DNA of 63,938 nucleotides, filler included, from Nemertoderma westbladi (lineage: Eukaryota > Animalia > Xenacoelomorpha), in NCBI GenBank assembly GCA_032718475.1. It is 5 parts of 5 records of this genome, joined end to end, with 100 filler letters (N's around TTAATTAATTAA, not from the genome) between each part and the next. Parts side by side here need not be neighbours in the genome. Positions count along the whole stretch, not along the records: positions 54,788 to 63,938 come from JAUCBJ010001374.1; 4 more parts are not named here. One strand, 5' to 3'. Under the pieces are notes generated by a model that did not search any database, was not told the DNA's origin, and saw only the letters and a list, made by a program, of their open reading frames with translations. Position numbers and translations under genes: made by a program. Positions 61,089 to 63,938 of this stretch are shown one piece after another; positions within the stretch are counted from its first letter, which is position 1; each line of letters begins with the position of its first letter.

Positions 61089-62862
61089 TATATATATTTC
61101 AATACACCCCGGTCGGGGTAAATAGGCGGTAAAATGAATAATAAAACACACAGTAAAAGGTCGTTCACTTGTAAAATAAATATTAAGTATAAAATATTAT
61201 TATTATTATTTAACGGGAAGATGACTATGAAGTAGCCAGTTGTGACAGCGGTGGGCACATAGCACAGACGAGCACGTGGTAACGGTCATCGCAGGGCTCG
61301 CCGCAGTATTTACAGCAGCAGGTGGATGTGAGTTCGTGGAACTGTGTAGCGGTTGAGCAGACACGGAAGTGAAACCCGTGGGCGGTCTGCCCTCGTAACA
61401 ACGTGTCGATTACATTGTCCGGCGCGTTTCCAGATTTCGGATTGGAAACCCGGACCACGCTGGTAACCTTCATCGTGGAAGTTTAGCTCGCGTTCACGGC
61501 GGTAACTGCGGTAATTCGAAACGATATTGGTGTCGAATATATTGGGGCCTGAGGTGATTTTTCTTTAGTTAAATGCAGCACTAGAGTGGAAGAGGTTGAT
61601 GAGTGTAAAGAGAGCATTCGCTTTAAATATGTGTTTTTAATTTTATCGATTTCTTTAAGATTAGCGAGAGTGAAAAATCGTCCGATTTCTTTAAATGAGT
61701 AAGTAACCAATGGGGCAATTTTCATATTGAATATTGATATACCTGTAGATATTGATAGTAGATGGAGATGGTTTAGTGAACCAGTTACTATGGAGGCGCT
61801 TTCTTTTTTCTGCTGGATGTGTCGTGTGAAGGAGAGCGAAGACTGTAGAACGACCCCGATGTATTCGTAGCTGCTCGCGATAACAACTGGGTTGGCCCCG
61901 TAAGTTAAGTTGTCGTTGACAGCAAGGCGGCCTCCTTTACGGAATTTAATTACTTTGGTCTTAACCAAGTTAACTTCCATTCCGTTGGAGAGGCACCATC
62001 CATGGAGCGCAGTTAAAAATGCCTGTATATCCTCCTTATTGTTCGAGTAGATAACGAGATCGTCGGCATAGAACAGGAAATTAATAATGGCAATGCCTGC
62101 TGAACGGATAACGGCTGCGAGGTCAGCAATAAATATAATGAACAATGTTGGAGAAAGGCAGTCTCCTTGAAGAATGCCACGCAACTGTTGGATAATATTC
62201 GAGAAGCGAATTCCATCGAAAACTCTAAAACTGTTGTCGAGTAGCTCCTTTATTAGATCGTAAACCTTCCATTTGATACCTGCGGTGTAGATTTTGTAAA
62301 GTAGTTTAGTGCGGGGGACCATGTCGAACGCCTTACGGAAATCTATGAAAGCCGCGTATATTATACGTTGCTGCCGTGAAGGGGAATGGAAACCAGCGGA
62401 TATGTCATCGATGAGTTGGGAAATGGCTTGTTTGGTTGACTTACCCGGAAGGAAACCGTACTGTTCTGGGGGAAGATAATGATAGATGAATTGCCTAACC
62501 CGATTATTTATTAGCGAGGTTAGGATCTTGAGGGTCACACAGATCAGGGCGATACCACGATAGTTATCCGGATTTGTGACGTCACCTTTGCCTTTATATA
62601 TAATATTGATTACGCTGGTTTTCCAGATCGAAGGGAGTTTCGCTGTATTGAGGCACACATTATAGAGTAGAGTTATTAATATAACCAAGAAAGGGGCTGC
62701 CTGTTTAAGGTGCTCATAAAATATTTTATCCGGGCCATTTGCTTTGTTGTTTGCCGAAGCATTAATGGTTGTGAGAACTTCGGTGTTGGAGAATGTCTCG
62801 TTGTACCATTCGGGGGTGCTACGCTCGTGTTCCGTGGTGACTGGAATGAGTTCACAGTTACA
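61089..62862 (-). mobile_element. 5'-truncated LINE (RT and Cys/His C-terminus) with (TA)n tail and ~37-bp TSD
   Basis: NYRGIAL, QYGF, FIDFRKAFD, GILQGDCLSP, YADD and KTKVIKFRKGG; C-terminal HGFH..CKYC..H..C; flanks 61052-61088 and 62863-62899. Confidence 0.88.
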
Positions 62863-63644
62863 AATACAAACTCCGAACGATATGTGTCTAGTCGAATTAG
62901 GAATGCCATATTCTCTGGATAGGATTCGGGAAGCTCAAAAACGTTTCGGACAAAAGATGTTAAAGTTAGCTAACAGTGATATACCGTATGTACAAGTGAT
63001 GGAGATCTGTAAAAATGCTAACACACTAAGGGTTTTAAACACCTAGAGGCTGTTGGACAACAGTCTGAAAAGGGGACAAGATGCAAAGCAATTGACAATA
63101 TAAAATTGAAGCCCAGTTCAGCTACCAAGTTTCAGACATACTTAAAGACATTGAATGTAGATAGCACTGTGCACCCAGTGTACACAACATCAAACCTACG
63201 CGTTGAAACGGGACGATGGAGTAGAACAGTCCGGGAGGAACGTGTGTGTGAGTGTGATGGCGTTTCTGTTCAGGATGAATCACATGTGCTACTATCGTGT
63301 CCTATTATTACTGAGACAGTGAGGGGGGAAACCGTCGTTCTGTGTTTTGCGAGTGTTGGGAATCTTTTTGGGTCTAAGAACTGTGTAAACCTGTGTAATT
63401 ATGTTGATAGGGTTTTTGATAAAATTGCATCCGTAGGTAAAAGGTAAGTAGGGTAGGTCCAATTTACGTCTTTTTATGGACGTCTTTTTAGAGATGTTGT
63501 AAGGATTACTTTTTGGATAATTTTCAGTATATGATTATATTTTCTGTGCTGTTTTTGTAAAATGTAGTTGTGATAATTATCAATAAATATATATATATAG
63601 GAAGTAAGGGCTGGTTTAGTTCTTTGTAGCTGGTCTCTCGGTAG

Positions 63645-63930
63645 ATATATAAAATTGAAAAAGTTAGGTTGAGTTCCAAATCATAGTTTGTCCATTAAAA
63701 TATATTATGTAAATAAATAAAAAATAAATAAATAACTCGAATAAATAGCATCTATAAAAAAAATGGAAATGAAATGGAGAGAAAAGAAGAGAGATGGAAA
63801 TGGAAAGAAATGGAAACCATTTTTATAGATGCTATTTATTCGAGTTATTTATTATTTATTTACATAATATATTTTAATGTACAAACTATGATTTGGAACT
63901 CAACCTAACTTTTTCAATTTTATATATATA
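63645..63930. mobile_element. Foldback/MITE with ~115-bp inverted arms ending in TA repeats
   Basis: ATATAAAATTGAAAAAGTTAGGTTGAGTTCCAAATCATAGTTTGT..CTCGAATAAATAGCATCTATAAAAA and its reverse complement at 63820-63930, around a purine-rich loop. Confidence 0.85.
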
Positions 63931-63938
63931 TATATATA

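Larger units (their letters stand above)
55470..63599 (+). mobile_element. 5'-truncated LINE (RT C-terminus and CCHC-like tail) split into three pieces: 55470-55572, 60746-61088, 62863-63599
   Basis: LLEYCDKSGMSVNTKKT..NGNIHDRE / PIRFQG..LGAPF..CETWL..NDMCLVEL / GMP..LRVETGRW..ERVCEC..QDESHVLLSCP; ends AATAAA(TA)n. Confidence 0.75.

Overview
This is animal (probably invertebrate) genomic DNA, rich in transposable elements and containing spliceosomal introns. It is five contigs joined by artificial 100-nt spacers (N44-TTAATTAATTAA-N44), so adjacency across the spacers is not reliable. Three host genes are visible. (i) Five phase-compatible exons (3361-15532) encode a beta/gamma-crystallin-like domain, a fibronectin type II domain and two calcium-binding EGF domains. 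(ii) An intronless TADA3 orthologue lies at 25059-26315. (iii) A single-exon, ~1940-aa Roco-family gene (39416-45232) is the most unusual element: histone-H3-like N-terminus (ARTKQ), 16 x 10-aa repeats, degenerate TIR-like domain, PLAT/LH2, Rab-like GTPase, Roc GTPase, COR, Cys/His cluster, TIR with intact catalytic-position Glu, and a CaaX box (CAIL). It is a candidate kinase-less, membrane-anchored, GTPase-gated TIR immune or cell-death protein. The rest of the window is mobile and repetitive DNA: CRE-like, RTE and CR1/L2-group LINEs (one with a 2A-like DIETNPGP peptide), an Academ-like remnant, BEL/Pao LTR derivatives, SINEs, MITEs, a ~147-bp repeat array with co-oriented CTCF-like motifs, and satellites. 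All family and domain calls come from motif recognition by eye; no database searches were run.
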